Assembly: GCF_025526975.1 (NCBI RefSeq)
Contig: NW_026515694.1
Span: forward strand, 62,001 to 126,000
DNA from: Fimicolochytrium jonesii
Lineage: Eukaryota
Direction: 5' to 3'
DNA: 64,000 bases
Shown: one piece after another, positions 61,343 to 64,000 of the stretch
Layout of the letters: each line of letters opens with the position of its first letter
Numbering within the stretch: position 1 is the first letter of the stretch
Notes under the pieces: generated by a model
Seen by the model: the letters and a program-made list of their open reading frames with translations, nothing else
Database searches by the model: none
What the model was told of the DNA's origin: nothing
Position numbers and translations under genes: made by a program

Positions 61343-62296
61343 ATGGCCGCAAGCAACACCGAAGCCGAAGCCGATGCCCTGGTTATATCGACCAACCCCG
61401 AGCACCCCGCTAACCTCATCCCGGAGCTCTGCAGGTTGTTTTGGACGTTGGGCTGGGTTACAGGGACAGGGTACGTCTATTGGCAGTCGTCTTTTCTCAT
61501 AGCGGTGGTTCCCTGTTAACCCACCACATTACCTTCCCATTACAGAGGAGGCATCACGATAAAAGAGGGCGAAACCATCTACATTGCCCCATCGGGAGTC
61601 CAGAAGGAGCGCATGGAGCCTCATCACCTCTATGTCCTCACCCTATCCCTTCCCCGCCGCGTCCTCCGCTCCCCACCGCCATCTCTAGGGTTCAAACCAT
61701 CACAATGCACACCTCTATTTGCAAATGCATATGATATGCGTGGGGCAGGAGCATGCATCCACACGCACTCCCAGAACGCCGTCATGGCAACGTTGCTGTA
61801 TCCCGGGAAGGAGTTTGTGATAACACATCAGGAGATGATTAAGGGGATCAGGAGGGGGAGCTCGAAGGAGTCGTTTAGGTATTTTGATCGGCTGGTGGTG
61901 CCTATTGTAGAGAATACGGCGCAGGAGGAGGATTTGAAGGATCGGATGGCTAAGGTGCGTAGATGGACTATTGCGGTCACATCACTGAACGTATGCTGAT
62001 ACCTGGCAATATAGGCGATTGCGGACTATCCTGAAACAAATGCCGTTTTGGTGAGGAGGCATGGCGTCTATGTCTGGGGAGAGAACTGGCAAAAGGGTAA
62101 GTGGCATCGCACATGGCGTTCCGCAATGCTGAGTCCTGTATGCAGCGATAACCTCAAACATTTCTCGTCAGCCAAATCCATGACCGAATGCTACGACTAC
62201 CTGTTTGAGATTGCTGTGAAGATGAAGAGCGTAGGGCTGGACCCAACCCAAGTCCCAGATGATAGCGAATACCGTGACGTTTGCCAGCAGCATTAG
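61343..62296 (+). CDS. MDE1: Methylthioribulose-1-phosphate dehydratase (methionine salvage)
   Basis: [54 protein letters not shown] and [10 protein letters not shown]; introns. Confidence 0.93.
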
Positions 62297-62618
62297 ATCT
62301 TAGATTGTAGAATTCTCGCCTGAGGTCGAAAACAGCGTAGCAACCGAAACATACGAAGTCATATACGGCCTCGGTACGCCGCGCTTTGTCGCAGTCCTTC
62401 AAAAACGGGTATTATGGCGCTCATATCACAATCGCTCTTGAAAGCTCCATTCGACTACGCTTTCCGCTGATCAACAGAGCCAGCCAGCTCGTATTACAGT
62501 TCATGAACCAATGTTCTTATTCAAATGCAGTAGGGTGATGATTGTCACAGTGTGCATATGTACAAGGACTTCCGGGCTATATATGACTATCCCTGGAAGC
62601 TGCGGTAATCTCCGAAAG

Positions 62619-63484
62619 TTAAAGGAACCATGAGAATGCCTCCTTGAAGGCCTTCTCCGCATCCGTCTCAACGATCGTGCCGTGGCATGGGACTGTTGGA
62701 GGTATAAGCAAGCAAAATCAGGGATCTGATTCAAGAGGAATGAGCCCTTAGATCGGGATCACTTACTAATGCGATCAAATTTCCAGTTGTCAAGAACATG
62801 CTTGACATCGCTCTTCATCTGCTCGGTATCCGCGTTCATCAGGTAGCGGTTGAAGAGCTTATGCGCCCCCGCGTCTGGTTTCAAGAACAGCTGCATGGCG
62901 CCATTGAAGATATCACCGGCAGTCCCGCTTGGCCCACCTTGCTCCTTCGGAAGCGGGAAATTGATCATCAAATCGGCAGTAAGGAGCGTCTTTGATGGGC
63001 GGTGCAAGTAAAGCGTGTCCTGGTTGCGTTGTCCGCTGAAATGGCGATAGCTGATCTCGTCTTCAAATCCGATGCGCTTTGGCGGGACAGCCGGTGCCGG
63101 GTTGGCGGCATCAATGGGTTTCACGCCCTCTACGATGACATCGAACTTGACATCATCCCTCTTTTCTTGAAGACCCGGAACACCGATGAGCACAGCGTCG
63201 GGCCACTTTTGCTTGTACTCTGCGGCATGGAGATGGTGGACGATGTTGGGGCACACGACGTATTTGACCTTGCCGAGTTTCTCCAGTTCGGCGAGTGTGG
63301 TCGTCCCGTTCGCATCGGTCGTGTCGCCGAGCGGCGTGGGTGAGACGACGAACAAGTCGCCGTTTTGCAGACGCACGGCGGTCATGCGCATGCCGACCGG
63401 CATGACCCCGCGGGTGACGAAGGATTTGGAGAACGTTGTGACGGCGTTGTCCAAGTGCCGGACGGTGGTGGTTTGGGTCGACAT
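62619..63484 (-). CDS. DUF4336-like metallo-beta-lactamase-fold protein, 2 exons
   Basis: GMRMTAVRLQNG, PNIVHHLH, HRPSKTLLTADL and WKFDRI|IPCHG...AFSWFL*. Confidence 0.8.
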
Positions 63485-64000
63485 GGTGGTTGAGAGCTTC
63501 TCGTATTCGAGGGTAATATCGAAGCGCTGTAAGGCGTACAGGTATGTGCAAGCAGGATGACGTTCAGGGTATGAAGAGAACAGGGCAATGCTTTGATATG
63601 TACAGGCTGTGAAAGGAGGGTAAGATGATCTCGATGGGTGCTTCGGAAAAAATTGCGAGAGGGTGAAACTCTGGGAGACTTTCTATGATGTCAACAGTGT
63701 CAACGCGTAAAACGGGTGGTATGTTCGTAACAGGTAAACAGCAATGATATATCTGAGGCTACAGTATTCCGGCCTTAGTGAAGTGATTTCTGAACGACAG
63801 CCCCCCAGAGCACTGCGGAAACAGCCATACGAAACTCAAGATGCCAGTAGCAAAAGCACACCTCGAAGAGGCTATCAAGTCCAAGCTGGAAGCCGAGCAC
63901 GTTGTAAGTCTCTGACGTGTAATTGCCGCATTTATTGCCTTTGCACTCTCGCTAAACCGTACCTTTCCCACCTTAGGACGTGATCGACACATCAAACGGC

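Overview
Eukaryotic DNA, most likely fungal: GC-rich genes with short GT-AG introns. An early-diverging, chytrid-like host is a guess. Ordinary host genes lie at both ends. Left: an ABCC/MRP transporter, a GFA/CENP-V-family gene and an ADP-ribosylglycohydrolase. Right: a CLC chloride channel, methylthioribulose-1-phosphate dehydratase and a DUF4336-like gene. Between them, ~8.6-56.4 kb is a sharply bounded, scrambled nest of mobile DNA. It holds three chromodomain-bearing Ty3/gypsy families (called A, B and C here), a further Ty3 integrase fragment, a Ty1/copia fragment with a chromodomain, the C-terminus of a Polinton/Maverick-type protein-primed DNA polymerase, an Upf1-like helicase fragment and a decayed HNH-like gene. 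The most striking result is in family C. Between integrase and the 3' LTR it carries an antisense four-exon gene (43380->42623) for a ~189-aa tandem-RING protein with a putative NLS; this copy has one in-frame stop, and the ORF track misses the gene. Other notable signals: Tf1-like self-priming in family A versus tRNA-iMet priming in B and C, -1 frameshift signals in all three families, a 92-bp higher-order tandem repeat inside C, and no matching target-site duplications. All calls are by eye; no database searches were run.
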